Of a stretch of DNA of 64,000 bases, positions 34,428 through 44,162 are shown piece by piece (position 1 is the first letter of the stretch; every line of letters starts with the position of its first letter). Source of the DNA: an uncultured delta proteobacterium (GTDB lineage Bacteria > Myxococcota_A > UBA9160 > SMWR01). Under the pieces are notes generated by a model that was not told where the DNA came from, did no database searches, and saw only the letters and a list, made by a program, of their open reading frames with translations. The stretch spans positions 320,001-384,000 of the forward strand of contig CAWHTE010000011.1 of assembly GCA_963832165.1 (NCBI GenBank), given 5' to 3'. Made by a program: the position numbers and the translations under genes.

Positions 34428-35545
34428 TTCTGCTGCTCCTGCTCCTTGCGCTCGTGACGGACCTCGCCTGCCTCTTTGGCGATCGCGTCACCGATTTCGA
34501 CTTGCGCTTCAGTAATGACACCACCCGCCTTCGCGCGAATCGCCGTCAACAGCGCATCGCGGCTCACCGACTTTCGGGTGCGGACCAGGTAATAGAGTTC
34601 CGACGGCTTGCCCGTGTTGGTGACCACTTCGTCGAGTTTCCACCGCTTGGTGACCTGGTCCAGCGCGGCCTCGACGTGTTCTTGCGCCTCGGTGAGCATC
34701 GTCGTGGTGATCGTGAGGATCGCGTCGAACTTGGCCTTCTTGGGGTTCGCTCCGAGAATAACGCGAACGCGCCCGAACCGATCGACTAGTTCCTTCACCT
34801 TCGTCGGCGTGAGCGCGAGCACGAGGTCGCGATCGGGGACGGTGTTGCCGCCCTGGTCTTTGCCCGCGAGATCGCGGAGTGGTTCAGCCCATTGCGCGGC
34901 GGCGGTTGGCTCGAGTACCGGGCGACCGAAGTCATACCGCCAGATCAGAACCAGGACGAAGTTGAAAATGATCGAGAGCAGCAGCGCCACCATGATCACC
35001 TGAACACCAGCCGCGAACCCGACCGCGATTGCCAGAAAGATGAACACGACATCGCGTGCGTCGCTCAGGTTCGTGCGGAATCGTACCGCTGCGACGACCC
35101 CGGCAAGGCTGAATGCCAGCGCGAGGCTGTTGCTTACGATCAGCACGATGCCGGCGACGATCATCGGCAACACAAGCAGGGCCTGCACGACGGACTGGTT
35201 GTGGCCCTCGCCTTGCCGTGCCGACATGTACACCCACGTCACCGGCAGCATCAACGCGAGCGTGCTGAGAAAAACGAATGCGGTGCTCAGGCCGAACTCG
35301 AGGTGCGACGTGAGGCCGGCGGTCGGCGCCTGCACCTGGCCGACCTGAAGCCCGTCCTGCAGCAACACTGGCATCTTGGCGAGCTGATCGAGCCGGTCGC
35401 CCGACAATAGGCCATCGAGTACCGGGAAGAAGTGAAAGAGGACGAGGCTGACGAGGAGGAGCAGGGCGTAGTACGCGGCGAGGCGCCGCACCGGCCGCGG
35501 GGAGCCCAGTGTGATGACGCTGATCAGCCGGGTGAAGAAATCCAT
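34424..35545 (-). CDS. DUF4956-family membrane protein
   Basis: SNSLALAFSLAGVVAAVRFRT-L-DARD-VFIF-AIAVG. Confidence 0.8.
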   Translation of the reverse strand: MDFFTRLISVITLGSPRPVRRLAAYYALLLLVSLVLFHFFPVLDGLLSGDRLDQLAKMPVLLQDGLQVGQVQAPTAGLTSHLEFGLSTAFVFLSTLALMLPVTWVYMSARQGEGHNQSVVQALLVLPMIVAGIVLIVSNSLALAFSLAGVVAAVRFRTNLSDARDVVFIFLAIAVGFAAGVQVIMVALLLSIIFNFVLVLIWRYDFGRPVLEPTAAAQWAEPLRDLAGKDQGGNTVPDRDLVLALTPTKVKELVDRFGRVRVILGANPKKAKFDAILTITTTMLTEAQEHVEAALDQVTKRWKLDEVVTNTGKPSELYYLVRTRKSVSRDALLTAIRAKAGGVITEAQVEIGDAIAKEAGEVRHERKEQEQQK

Positions 35546-35731
35546 AGAGGGCACCCGCGATTGTGGGGCCGAGCCGCTTCGAGAGGTCCCCGGCGAAGTG
35601 GGATTGGCTCAGTAGCCGCCGGATTGTTTTAGCGCCTGCAGTCGCGAGATTATGCCATTTCGACCCGCCGGTGCGCCCGCCGGCCGGGGTATTGACCTAA
35701 CTAAGGCTGCTTCTCGGACCTCATCTACCGG

Positions 35732-36319
35732 TTAGTAAGCGTTATTCCGCTCGTCGTCGGGCTCAGTCGGCTCGACCAGGCGCTCGAACTCCGCCTGGGT
35801 CAACACACCCGTGCGACGCAGACGCTCCAGGCGCTCGCGGGTCGCGCGGTGCTCGTCCGGAGCGATCGCTTCGTCGCGCATCGAGCGGCGGAGCGCGCGG
35901 GCGACCTCTCGGCCGCGCTCGACCGCCTCGCGATAGCGCGCGCGCAGTGCATCGCCGTGGAGTGCGTCGAGCGTCCCGCTGCGCGCGAAGTGCTCGCGAT
36001 ACACCTCGCCGAGCGCATACGTTGAAGCCCCGGACAGCGCCGCCTGGGTGGCGCTGCCGAGCAGCCAACCCCCTCCCGGGAGCGACTTCACGGCGCTGGC
36101 TCCCACGCGTGCCAGCGAAGCCCCGGCCACCGCCAGCACCGCGGCACGGCCGCGCACGGCGTCGTATTCGACCCCGTAGCGGCGCGCCAGGCGCCGCACC
36201 AGCGCGACCTGGATCACGGCGACGGCGGCGATGTCGACTAGCGGAACCGGAGTGGCGGCCGCCGCCATCGCCGCGGCGACGTGCTTGAGGATCAGCTCGG
36301 TAGCATCGTTGATCGGCAT
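35732..36319 (-). CDS. DUF697/YcjF-like protein with a SHOCT-like tail
   Basis: PVPLVDIAAV-IQ-L-LA-Y, ASTYALG; LERL-GVLTQAEFE. Confidence 0.7.
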   Translation of the reverse strand: MPINDATELILKHVAAAMAAAATPVPLVDIAAVAVIQVALVRRLARRYGVEYDAVRGRAAVLAVAGASLARVGASAVKSLPGGGWLLGSATQAALSGASTYALGEVYREHFARSGTLDALHGDALRARYREAVERGREVARALRRSMRDEAIAPDEHRATRERLERLRRTGVLTQAEFERLVEPTEPDDERNNAY

Positions 36320-36453
36320 GAGATCGCATGCGCCAAGTTATCGAAAGGACCAGCGCGCGGGGATCGCCAGATCGATGGAGATCGTGGCCAGAAGGTGTCG
36401 ATTCGAGGCGCGCGGCAAGTCATCGCCGCAGAATCAGTCCCTTCGGTGCGCAG

Positions 36454-36500
36454 TTCCCCCGGATCTCGGGATACCAACGGTCTCCCGCTCCGAGTAGGGT
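36454..36500 (+). promoter_or_regulatory. Island box + -10-like hexamer
   Basis: TTCCCC-CG-GATC-TC-GGGATA (36454-36473), 21 nt, TAGGGT. Confidence 0.7.
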
Positions 36501-36535
36501 GCATCTGCCCCAGCGCAGTACCCGAGGGAAGAGCG

Positions 36536-36907
36536 ATGTCGAGTCTCCCGAGCTCTCACGTGCCCAACGGTGATTTCGTTGTGGACGGCGCGGATCCGAG
36601 CTTCGGAAACGCGCTCGAGCGGGTGTACGGTGCCGGGCAAGAGCTGATCGTCCGCCGCATCGACCTGCTCGTCGAGGAACTCGCCGCGCAGGGCCGAAGT
36701 CTCCTCGCCGATACTGGCGGCACGATCTTCGCTGCGATGGCAGCGCTGGTGGGCTGGTTCTTCGTCGTAGCGGGCGTGGTCGACGCGATCGATGACTACG
36801 TTCCGCGTTTCGCGGTCGAGATCGTCGTCGGCATCCTCCATGTCGGAGTCGGCGCCGCGATCACCATTGCGCGGCGGCAGCGGGCCGCAGAGAAGGCCTC
36901 TACGTGA
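36536..36907 (+). CDS. YqjE/holin-like two-TM protein
   Basis: ELIVRRIDLLVEEL followed by two TM helices; first gene of a five-gene coupled cluster. Confidence 0.65.
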   Translation: MSSLPSSHVPNGDFVVDGADPSFGNALERVYGAGQELIVRRIDLLVEELAAQGRSLLADTGGTIFAAMAALVGWFFVVAGVVDAIDDYVPRFAVEIVVGILHVGVGAAITIARRQRAAEKAST

Positions 36908-37107
36908 GTTCTTCCGCCGATCAGCGACTGGACGCCCTCCGTGAGCGCGTCGACGAGCAGGAGGTGGAGCTCCACGACGCAGTGCAGGAGTTCGAGGATG
37001 TGGCCCGCCGGGCGATCGATGCGCGGCAATGGATCCGGTCCAGGCCCTTCCTCTGGGCCGCCGGGGCATTCCTCGTGGGTGCGTGGCTGGGAGGACGAAA
37101 AGCATGA
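36904..37107 (+). CDS. Small tail-anchored protein (DUF3618/YqjK-like)
   Basis: Coiled coil then WIRSRPFLWAAGAFLVGAWLG. Confidence 0.6.
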   Translation: MSSSADQRLDALRERVDEQEVELHDAVQEFEDVARRAIDARQWIRSRPFLWAAGAFLVGAWLGGRKA

Positions 37108-37325
37108 TCGACCCGCAGAGCAATGAAGTGACCCGAGGCAACGGAGCGCACGAGCTCCGCGCGGGCTCCGCTGCGGAACTCGAGGGCCTCTTGCCGCAGA
37201 GTGTGCACGCGCTGGTCGAGCGGGAGGCTCACGTGCGCGAGTTCATCCGATCGCATCCGCTGTCAGTCGTTCTCGGCGCCCTTGCGCTGGGTTTTGCAGT
37301 CGCGAGATGGATGCGGGAGGACTGA
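37104..37325 (+). CDS. ElaB/YqjD (DUF883)-like tail-anchored protein
   Basis: REFIRSHPLSVVLGALALGFAVAR. Confidence 0.65.
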   Translation: MIDPQSNEVTRGNGAHELRAGSAAELEGLLPQSVHALVEREAHVREFIRSHPLSVVLGALALGFAVARWMRED

Positions 37326-37331
37326 GCGCGC

Positions 37332-37676
37332 ATGTCCGCGGCGACAGGGACTTGGGATGAGAACATCTCCCGCGAGCCTCAGGAAGAGAAAGCCGTGCCG
37401 AGAACGCTCCGCTCGGACCTCGACAGGCTCCGCTCGCGGGTCGCGTCGGCGAAGGATGGCGCGCTGCGTGTGCTGGAAGAAGCCGTCGCGGCGGAGCCTT
37501 TCGTCGCGACCGCTGCCGCGGTCGGACTCGGGCTCGTGTTGGGCGGAGGCTTGCCTCGCGGGACGATCGGGCTGCTGTTCGGGACCGGCATACGCGTCGC
37601 TGCGGCCTGGCTCGGCGAAGAGATCCGGCTGCGAGGTGCAGCAAACGATGACTCCGCAACGGAGGACGACCGATGA
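37332..37676 (+). CDS. ElaB/DUF883-like membrane protein
   Basis: VAAEPFVATAAAVGLGLVLGGGL. Confidence 0.55.
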   Translation: MSAATGTWDENISREPQEEKAVPRTLRSDLDRLRSRVASAKDGALRVLEEAVAAEPFVATAAAVGLGLVLGGGLPRGTIGLLFGTGIRVAAAWLGEEIRLRGAANDDSATEDDR

Positions 37677-38020
37677 ACGACGCGAACGAGAATACTCAAA
37701 TGAACAGGAGACACACGATGATGACCGTCGCCAACCTCGCCAACCTCGCCAATCTCGCGAGCCGCGCGCCGATAGCCTACGAGCTGCTACACCGCATCGG
37801 CCTCGAGCGCCGTCGATCGCGAGCGATTCGCGCCGCGTCGTGCGCGGGATGGATCGGAGTCGGTATGGCCGTAGGTAGCGGACTCACACTGCTCTTGACC
37901 CCTCGAACCGGTGCGGAGATACGCGGACATCTCGGCGAACGCGCCAAGCGCGCGCGCGACTACGTGGTGACCAACGGCATCGAGCCGGCCGGCCGAACGT
38001 CGGCCGCGCAAGCCTCTTAG
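37673..38020 (+). CDS. YtxH-like protein
   Basis: GVGMAVGSGLTLLLTPRTGAEIR. Confidence 0.7.
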   Translation: MNDANENTQMNRRHTMMTVANLANLANLASRAPIAYELLHRIGLERRRSRAIRAASCAGWIGVGMAVGSGLTLLLTPRTGAEIRGHLGERAKRARDYVVTNGIEPAGRTSAAQAS

Positions 38021-39804
38021 TCCGCTCCGCGCGGTGGCGTGCGAGCGGCGAGGCCGGCAACGGCGCGGCGGAGATCGGGATAAGTATCGTCGGCCCCCGC
38101 TTTGCCGAGCCGCTCCCGGCGCGCGCTGAATTCGGCGTCCTCCGGCTGCCACAACCCGACGAGGATTCGTGCCGAGGGCAACTGGGCGCGCAGCCGTTTG
38201 CAGAGCGCGCGGGCGGCGATCGTGGAGACCGGTGGCAGCGACGAGATGCAGACGATCGACGGCGCGAGGGCCGCGGCCTGAGCGACGGATTCGGCGATGA
38301 GCAGTTTCGATGAGAACACCGTGGCCGCGACGCCGGATTCCGCCAGCACTTGCGCGAGCATCAGCGCGGCGAGTTCATCGCCTTCGTGGCTGGCCGGGAT
38401 GCAGAGGATCGGCGCCGTCGTGCCGTCGGGTGCGACGCGCGGCTCGGCGAGGTCGTCGATGATCTGGCGCAGAATCTGGCAGGCATCTGTGCGGGCAACA
38501 TCCGACAGCACACCCGAGCGGAAATCGGCCTCGATGCTGCGCAATGCCGGAAGCACGGCCTCGTCGAAGGCGACGAGCGTTGTCTGCTCGCGCGCGTGCT
38601 GCTCGACGAACTCGCACGCCTCTTCCTCATTGAGCGCGAGCAGCCGTTGGTAGAGTCGGTCGCCCGGATCGATCGATGGTTTATCGCCCATCAGCAGGTT
38701 GAGGAAGGAAAGGTCGGGCAGATACTTTCCGGCCACCGCGAGACAGACGGTCAGCGGCGTCGCCAGCACCAGCCCGACGCCTCCCCATAGCCACGTCCAG
38801 AAGAGCGCCGAGACGATGACGGCCAGCGGGGAGATTTCCGTGGTCGCGCCGTAGAGCCAGGCCTCGACGCCGTTGGTGACCAGCTCGATGGCGACGAAGA
38901 GACCGACGGTGAGAATCGGCTCCGTCCACGATTCGAAAATGGCAATCGAAAGCGCGACCGGAAACACCGCGGCGAGCCACGGACCGATGTACGGCAGGAA
39001 CCGCAGCCCCATTCCCAGCAGTCCCCAGAACACCGCGTTCGGAATTCCGATGAAATACAACCCGACGGCGATCGCGATGCCGAAACTGGCATTGAGCAGC
39101 AACTGCGCGCGCAGATATCGGCTGATGCGTTGCGTGGCTTCATCGAGCGCCTGCGTCGTCACGCGCAGGCGGCCCCGGCCCACGAGATGGATCAGCCGGT
39201 CGCGCAGGTCTGCGCCGGCGATGAGCATGAAGGTCGCGATCACGATGACGACCAGCGCGCTGGCGAGTGGCCCGACGACCGGCGACAGCACACCCATGAG
39301 CAGTTGAATCGAGCCGTCTGCCGTCCCGACCACCTCGACCTGCACGGGCCGTGTCTCGTCCGCCGATGCGGGTGTCGAGACCACGTCCTGCGGCTTATTC
39401 AGCGCGGCAGTCACTTCGCTGATGGTCTGCACCGCGCGGCGCAGCGGGTTGTTTTCGTTCGTCTTCAGCGCTGCCACCCGCGCGATGAGGTTGCTCCGGT
39501 ATTTCGGCAGCGACTCCGCGAGATCGAGGAACTGACCTGTGACGACGTAAGCCAGCCCGCCGATCAGCACGAAGGCCAGCGTCGCCGTGGCGAACACCGC
39601 GCCCACGCGCCCGAGCCGCCAGCGTTCCAAGCGCCGGACGAGCGGCGACAGCAGAAAGCTCAGCAGCGCAGCGAGCACCAGCGGAAGAAAGAAATCCCGT
39701 GCAAAGCGCAGTGTCGCCGCCGCGGAAATGAACAACGCCAAGATCAACAGCGGCCCAGTCAAACTCCTGCGGTCGATGAGGTTCATGGTCGGGTGAGTTT
39801 GCAC
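38017..39804 (-). CDS. AI-2E/PerM-family transporter with a C-terminal Rossmann (B12-binding-like) domain
   Basis: LRDRLI, RISRYL, RFLPYIGP, WTWLWG-GLVLATPLTVCL; C-terminal DELAALML...CISSLPP. Confidence 0.88.
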   Translation of the reverse strand: MQTHPTMNLIDRRSLTGPLLILALFISAAATLRFARDFFLPLVLAALLSFLLSPLVRRLERWRLGRVGAVFATATLAFVLIGGLAYVVTGQFLDLAESLPKYRSNLIARVAALKTNENNPLRRAVQTISEVTAALNKPQDVVSTPASADETRPVQVEVVGTADGSIQLLMGVLSPVVGPLASALVVIVIATFMLIAGADLRDRLIHLVGRGRLRVTTQALDEATQRISRYLRAQLLLNASFGIAIAVGLYFIGIPNAVFWGLLGMGLRFLPYIGPWLAAVFPVALSIAIFESWTEPILTVGLFVAIELVTNGVEAWLYGATTEISPLAVIVSALFWTWLWGGVGLVLATPLTVCLAVAGKYLPDLSFLNLLMGDKPSIDPGDRLYQRLLALNEEEACEFVEQHAREQTTLVAFDEAVLPALRSIEADFRSGVLSDVARTDACQILRQIIDDLAEPRVAPDGTTAPILCIPASHEGDELAALMLAQVLAESGVAATVFSSKLLIAESVAQAAALAPSIVCISSLPPVSTIAARALCKRLRAQLPSARILVGLWQPEDAEFSARRERLGKAGADDTYPDLRRAVAGLAARTPPRGAD

Positions 39805-39868
39805 CGCGCGAGCTGGATTTGAATCCAGTTCGACGTGGTCCGATCGGCGCAGCGCCGTCGTTGGTCGA

Positions 39869-40969
39869 CTACTGGGCCTTCACCGTGAGATCGCCGACCA
39901 CCGAGCGCACGCCATCGGTGGTGCGAGCGACGGTGAGCGCTGTCAGCCGGTCGGGTTGACCGCGGACGGTCCCGGTCAGTCGCGCGACGCCGTCAGCCAC
40001 CTCTACGTCGATGTTCGCGTCGGAGAGCTCCCCGCGCGCTGAAAGGTGCTTCTCGATCGCGTCCTTCACCCGGTCGTCTTTGTGCTCGACCGCGGCGGCC
40101 GATACCTGCGGCACGACCTGGAGATCGTTCTCGACGCTCTTCACGGCGTCGACTTTCCTGACCTCGGTCTCGGCCGCGCGCCGCGCGGCCTCCGTGGGCA
40201 CGGTGCCGAACAGCGTCACGACGCCACCCAGCGTATCGACGTTGATGTCGCGCGCGGGGGTGTCGGAGCTCGCGATCAGCCGGACCTTCGCCGCCGTGGT
40301 GATCCACGCATCCTTCGCCGCCGACGCTGTGTCGGTCTTGGGATCGCTCTTCGCGTCGCGCCAGATCTCGTCGTCGGCCAACGTGTCCGGGCTCTCGATC
40401 TCGCTGGCAACGCGCTTCACGCCGGGGACCGCGCGCGCCACCTCGAGTGCGCGCAGGTGCGCGCTCAGCGTCCGCGCGTTTCCGTCCAGCAGCACGACGC
40501 CCCGGTTCGCCGACTTCACGGCGATCTTGCTGTCGCGCAGCGCGGGATCCGCGTCGAGTCGCTTCCCGACCTCCTTGGAAAGCGCCTCGTCGGCGACGGC
40601 CGCTGTTTCCTGGCGGGGCTTCTCGACGACCTGCAACAGACTTCGCAGCTCGTGCACACCCTTCACACCCCGGGCCGCGCGCTCGGCGCGAGCCTTCTCG
40701 TCGGCACTCGAGACGGTTCCGTGCAGCGTAACTTTGGCATCCGTCGTATCCACGCGGACGGCGGTCGCGCTCACGTCCTCCGCCACGAGGAGCGCCATCT
40801 TGACCTTGGTCGTGATCCAGGCGTCGGGCGCGTCCGCGGCGCTCGAGGGACCCGCCCAGGTCGCGCTGGCGATAAACAGCACAGCCGCGAGCGCGAGTGA
40901 GTGATTCACCATCGTGCGCCCGAGGATGCACGCGATCGAACCCAGCATGATCAAGACAATGACTGACAT
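39869..40969 (-). CDS. Four-BON-domain (OsmY-like) exported protein
   Basis: DAWITTKVK, DEALSKEV, DAWITTAAK, DDRVKDAI, each with a V-L-G core. Confidence 0.88.
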   Translation of the reverse strand: MSVIVLIMLGSIACILGRTMVNHSLALAAVLFIASATWAGPSSAADAPDAWITTKVKMALLVAEDVSATAVRVDTTDAKVTLHGTVSSADEKARAERAARGVKGVHELRSLLQVVEKPRQETAAVADEALSKEVGKRLDADPALRDSKIAVKSANRGVVLLDGNARTLSAHLRALEVARAVPGVKRVASEIESPDTLADDEIWRDAKSDPKTDTASAAKDAWITTAAKVRLIASSDTPARDINVDTLGGVVTLFGTVPTEAARRAAETEVRKVDAVKSVENDLQVVPQVSAAAVEHKDDRVKDAIEKHLSARGELSDANIDVEVADGVARLTGTVRGQPDRLTALTVARTTDGVRSVVGDLTVKAQ

Positions 40970-41030
40970 GAGTGTCTCCCTGATGCGTCGAGCGGGTACA
41001 GCACATGGGGCGTGCGCTCGATGCAGGGAA

Positions 41031-41077
41031 ACGCTAGTCGGGCAGAAAGGGCGCGGATATCCATGGATCCATGGGTA
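41031..41077 (-). promoter_or_regulatory. Island box + -10-like hexamer (BON gene)
   Basis: TATCCA-TG-GATC-CA-TGGGTA (41058-41077), 21 nt, TAGCGT on the minus strand. Confidence 0.72.
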
Positions 41078-41241
41078 CCATGCGCCGAAAGCGCGGATTC
41101 GATCCACGCACTCGCGCCATGCGTGCCGGTGGCACCGAATTTGGTCGTTAGCAGCGCAAGGGCGCGCGTAGCAGTGGTGCGAAGCCTCGTCGCGCTGCAC
41201 GACGATACGAGCGAGACATGACTAAACTACCTTGAGGGTAC

Positions 41242-42609
41242 CTACAACCAGTACTCCCAAGCGCGGGCCAACAGCTCTTTGATGCGCAGGTGGAGCGGAC
41301 GGCGCCGCCATTGCTCCAGCGCGATGGCGTCGGAGGCGGCCAGGTCCTTGGCGAACATCGCCTGCACCTGCTTGCCGAATTCCGCCCCCAGCACCACCGC
41401 ATTCAGCTCGTAGTTGTGCAGGAAGCTGCGCCAGTCGAGGTTGGTCGAACCGACCGTGGCCCATACGCCGTCGACCAGCGCCGTCTTGGAATGCAGGATC
41501 CCTCCGCGCCGTTCGTAGATCTTCACCCCGGCTCGCAGCAGCGGGTCGTAGTGTCTGCGCCCGGCGTGGAACACCAGCCAGGAGTCGGTCTGGCTCGGCA
41601 GGATCAGCTTCACGTCGACGCTGCGCCCAGCCGCACCTTCGAGTGCGGCGAGCAGTTGCGGGTCGGGGACGAAGTACGCGTTGGTCAGGTGCACGCTGGT
41701 CTCGGCGCTGCCGATGGCCGACAGCAGCGTGGCATAGATCAGGCTATAGGGTTCCTCGGGCGAACTGCCGATTGCGCGCACCACCTCCCGGCCAGCGCTC
41801 TCGAGTCGCGGGAAGTAATTCTTCTTCGCGAGCGCATCGCCCTTCTGACTTTCCCAGGTCGCCAGGAACAGCTTCTGCAACTCCGCCACTACTGGCCCCT
41901 CCAGCTGCAGGTCGGTGTCGCGCCACGCCGGGCTGTCCGCGGGCCGGGCGCGCATGCCGTGGCTGGACGAGCCGCCGGAGTAGACGCTGCTGATGTTGAT
42001 GCCGCCCAGGAACGCCGTGCGACCGTCGACGATCAGCAGCTTGCGGTGGTCGCGCTGGTTCAGTTCCCAATCCTTGCGCGCCACCACCGGGTTGACCGGG
42101 TTGAACTCGAGCACCTTGATGCCGCTGGCGGTCATGCGCTCGAAGAGGGCGACCGGCGTGCCGAGGGTGCCTACGCTGTCGCGGATGAGATTGACCTGTA
42201 CGCCTTGGCGCTGCTTGTCGATCAGCGCCTGCGCAAAGCGCTGGCCGACATCATCATCGTCCAGGATGTAGGTCTCCAGGTTGATGTGGTCTCGGGCCGC
42301 CAGAATGGCGGACAGCATCGCCCCGTAGGTGGCGGGGCCATCCTGGAGCAACACCACCCGGTTGCCGGTCGTCAGCGGGCTACCGACGATGGCCTCCTCG
42401 AGCGCCAGGTGGCGGTCGAAGATGCTGGTGTCCTGGCCGCGGCTCGCCAGTCGATCGAGGATGGCCTTGCTCTGCGCTGCCGATAGCGGACCGCGCGCCC
42501 CTTCCAGCTGCGCCGGAGGGCGCGGGTGTCGGGCCAGGTCGGGCACGATGGTCGGCAAGCTGGCGCAACTGGCCAAGCCGGCCAGCCCGGCCAAGCCGAG
42601 CAGGCACAC
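41242..42609 (-). CDS. cls: Cardiolipin synthase / phospholipase D family
   Basis: Two HKD motifs: DHRKLLIVDG and LHSKTALVDG...GSTNLD-RS; lipoprotein-like N-terminus. Confidence 0.88.
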   Translation of the reverse strand: MCLLGLAGLAGLASCASLPTIVPDLARHPRPPAQLEGARGPLSAAQSKAILDRLASRGQDTSIFDRHLALEEAIVGSPLTTGNRVVLLQDGPATYGAMLSAILAARDHINLETYILDDDDVGQRFAQALIDKQRQGVQVNLIRDSVGTLGTPVALFERMTASGIKVLEFNPVNPVVARKDWELNQRDHRKLLIVDGRTAFLGGINISSVYSGGSSSHGMRARPADSPAWRDTDLQLEGPVVAELQKLFLATWESQKGDALAKKNYFPRLESAGREVVRAIGSSPEEPYSLIYATLLSAIGSAETSVHLTNAYFVPDPQLLAALEGAAGRSVDVKLILPSQTDSWLVFHAGRRHYDPLLRAGVKIYERRGGILHSKTALVDGVWATVGSTNLDWRSFLHNYELNAVVLGAEFGKQVQAMFAKDLAASDAIALEQWRRRPLHLRIKELLARAWEYWL

Positions 42610-42642
42610 GGCCAGCCGAGTACGAGAGTGCAGCGGGTGCCC

Positions 42643-43260
42643 TCACGCGCTCAGGGACAACACGCCGAGAACCCGACGCGTGCGCATCAGGCCGACCTTC
42701 ACAGCGCTTGCGCTCTTGCCCGTCTCGCGCGCGATTGCTTTGACGGAACGGCCGTGCGAGTAACGCAGGTGGAATATGTGGCGCGCGGTCGCGGACACAT
42801 TGCGCTGCAGGGAGCGGTTGCACCGCGCCCAGATTCGTGAGGCGTCGACGCTGTCCTCGATCGACGCGACCCGTGCGGCCAGGTCGTGGGCTTCGTCGAG
42901 TGGCGTCATCTCGGGAGAGCGGCGCGAGAAACGGTTGAGGGTCACGTGGCGAGCAATGCCGAGGATCCAGGACAGCAGGCTGGAGCGTCCCTCGTACCGC
43001 TCGATCGAACGGTAGACCTGAAGGAAGACGTCCTGGGCGACGTCCTCGGCCTCGGTCGGGTTGCCGAGCCGACGGAGCGCGAATCCGAACACAGCGGGAT
43101 ACACGCGGCGGTACAGCTCGGAGTAGGCCTGCTCCTCACCCGCCCGCAGTCGAATCACGAGCGCATCGTCCTGCGCGCACCGGCCGCTAGCGCGAGCGGG
43201 GACGGATCGGTCTCCAAGCTGCGTTGACGTCAACTGGATCGATGAAGCGTCGCGGTCCAC
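42643..43260 (-). CDS. ECF sigma-70 factor
   Basis: AEDVAQDVF, WILGIARH (region 2), SVKAIARETG-VK (region 4). Confidence 0.85.
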   Translation of the reverse strand: MDRDASSIQLTSTQLGDRSVPARASGRCAQDDALVIRLRAGEEQAYSELYRRVYPAVFGFALRRLGNPTEAEDVAQDVFLQVYRSIERYEGRSSLLSWILGIARHVTLNRFSRRSPEMTPLDEAHDLAARVASIEDSVDASRIWARCNRSLQRNVSATARHIFHLRYSHGRSVKAIARETGKSASAVKVGLMRTRRVLGVLSLSA

Positions 43261-43306
43261 ATCGGACGCAGCATGGGGGCATTCCTTCTTCGCATCGACG
43301 ACAGGA

Positions 43307-43354
43307 ACGCTAGTCCGGTTGGGGAGACAGCCAGTATCCCCGGATCCGGGTATT
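43307..43354 (-). promoter_or_regulatory. Island box + -10-like hexamer (ECF sigma)
   Basis: TATCCC-CG-GATC-CG-GGTATT (43335-43354), 22 nt, TAGCGT; region near-duplicated at 45199-45252. Confidence 0.72.
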
Positions 43355-43464
43355 ACCGAGTGGCAAGACCGTGGGATTTTTCACGGATCTGCGAGGCGCT
43401 GGAGAGAACACCGAAGCGGTGTCCTCTCCAGCTGGGGGGAGCTGCGCTCGCAAGCGCCGTAGCG

Positions 43465-44001
43465 CTAGTGGCTGCGAGCCATTACCTCGACGCGCCCCTC
43501 GCGCTTCGAGCACGACTCGGTCGAGTCATCGCACTCGACCCGTTTCGCGGCGAAGCGACCCGTCTCGATTCGGTCACCGGAAATGCCCGTTCGGATCAGC
43601 GCGTCCCGAACATTGGCGATACGCCGCGGGCTCAGGTCCACGTTGTACTGGTTGGTGCCGCGCGACAGATCCGTGGAGCCGTCGATCCCGACGCGGACGG
43701 ACGGATTCTGCTTCATGTAAGCGGCGACGTCGGAGATCTTGTTCATCTCGGACGGCCGAATGTCCGCCGTGTCGAAATCGAACATGATGTCCCGGAGCGA
43801 GATCCAGCCCGTCTCCGAGGCAGCCGGACCCGGCGCAGCCATGCCGGGCTGACCCTGGGTGCCCGTCAGGCCGGTGGTCCCCTGGGCGCCGGTCATGCCT
43901 GTGGGACCCGGCGGGCCCGTATGGCCACGCGGGCCTGTCGGACCCGTGCAAGCGAGTGCGAACAGCGCGATAGCTGCCAGCAGCGGTGAATGCTTGATCA
44001 T
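43465..44001 (-). CDS. Collagen-repeat OmpA-family lipoprotein
   Basis: Lipobox ALAC, ~12 Gly-X-Y triplets, IMFDFD...IDGSTD...YNVDLS-RR...RVEV. Confidence 0.85.
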   Translation of the reverse strand: MIKHSPLLAAIALFALACTGPTGPRGHTGPPGPTGMTGAQGTTGLTGTQGQPGMAAPGPAASETGWISLRDIMFDFDTADIRPSEMNKISDVAAYMKQNPSVRVGIDGSTDLSRGTNQYNVDLSPRRIANVRDALIRTGISGDRIETGRFAAKRVECDDSTESCSKREGRVEVMARSH

Positions 44002-44089
44002 GGTTGCTTCCCTCCTAACAGGGTGAAACGACAGAGGGTGAAACGACAATACGTCACACACTTCTTGTTTCTGGCGATCTCGTGATTGA

Positions 44090-44136
44090 ACCCTACGCCG
44101 AAGGCGAGACCGCCGGTATCCCGGGATCCACGGGAA
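44090..44136 (-). promoter_or_regulatory. Island box + -10-like hexamer (collagen-OmpA)
   Basis: TATCCC-GG-GATC-CA-CGGGAA (44117-44136), 21 nt, TAGGGT. Confidence 0.68.
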
Positions 44137-44162
44137 TCGCGCACTGAAGCCGCTGATTTCCT

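Noticed and set aside
31317..36907. Prophage (capsid-like shell, holin-like protein)
   Set aside because: The shell is an encapsulin with a cargo gene; no terminase, portal, tail or integrase gene
44020..44048. Short tandem or direct repeats (AGGGTGAAACGACA x2; also 30421/30464, 28119-28141, 37728-37755)
   Set aside because: Only two or three units and no shared consensus; most likely slippage duplications
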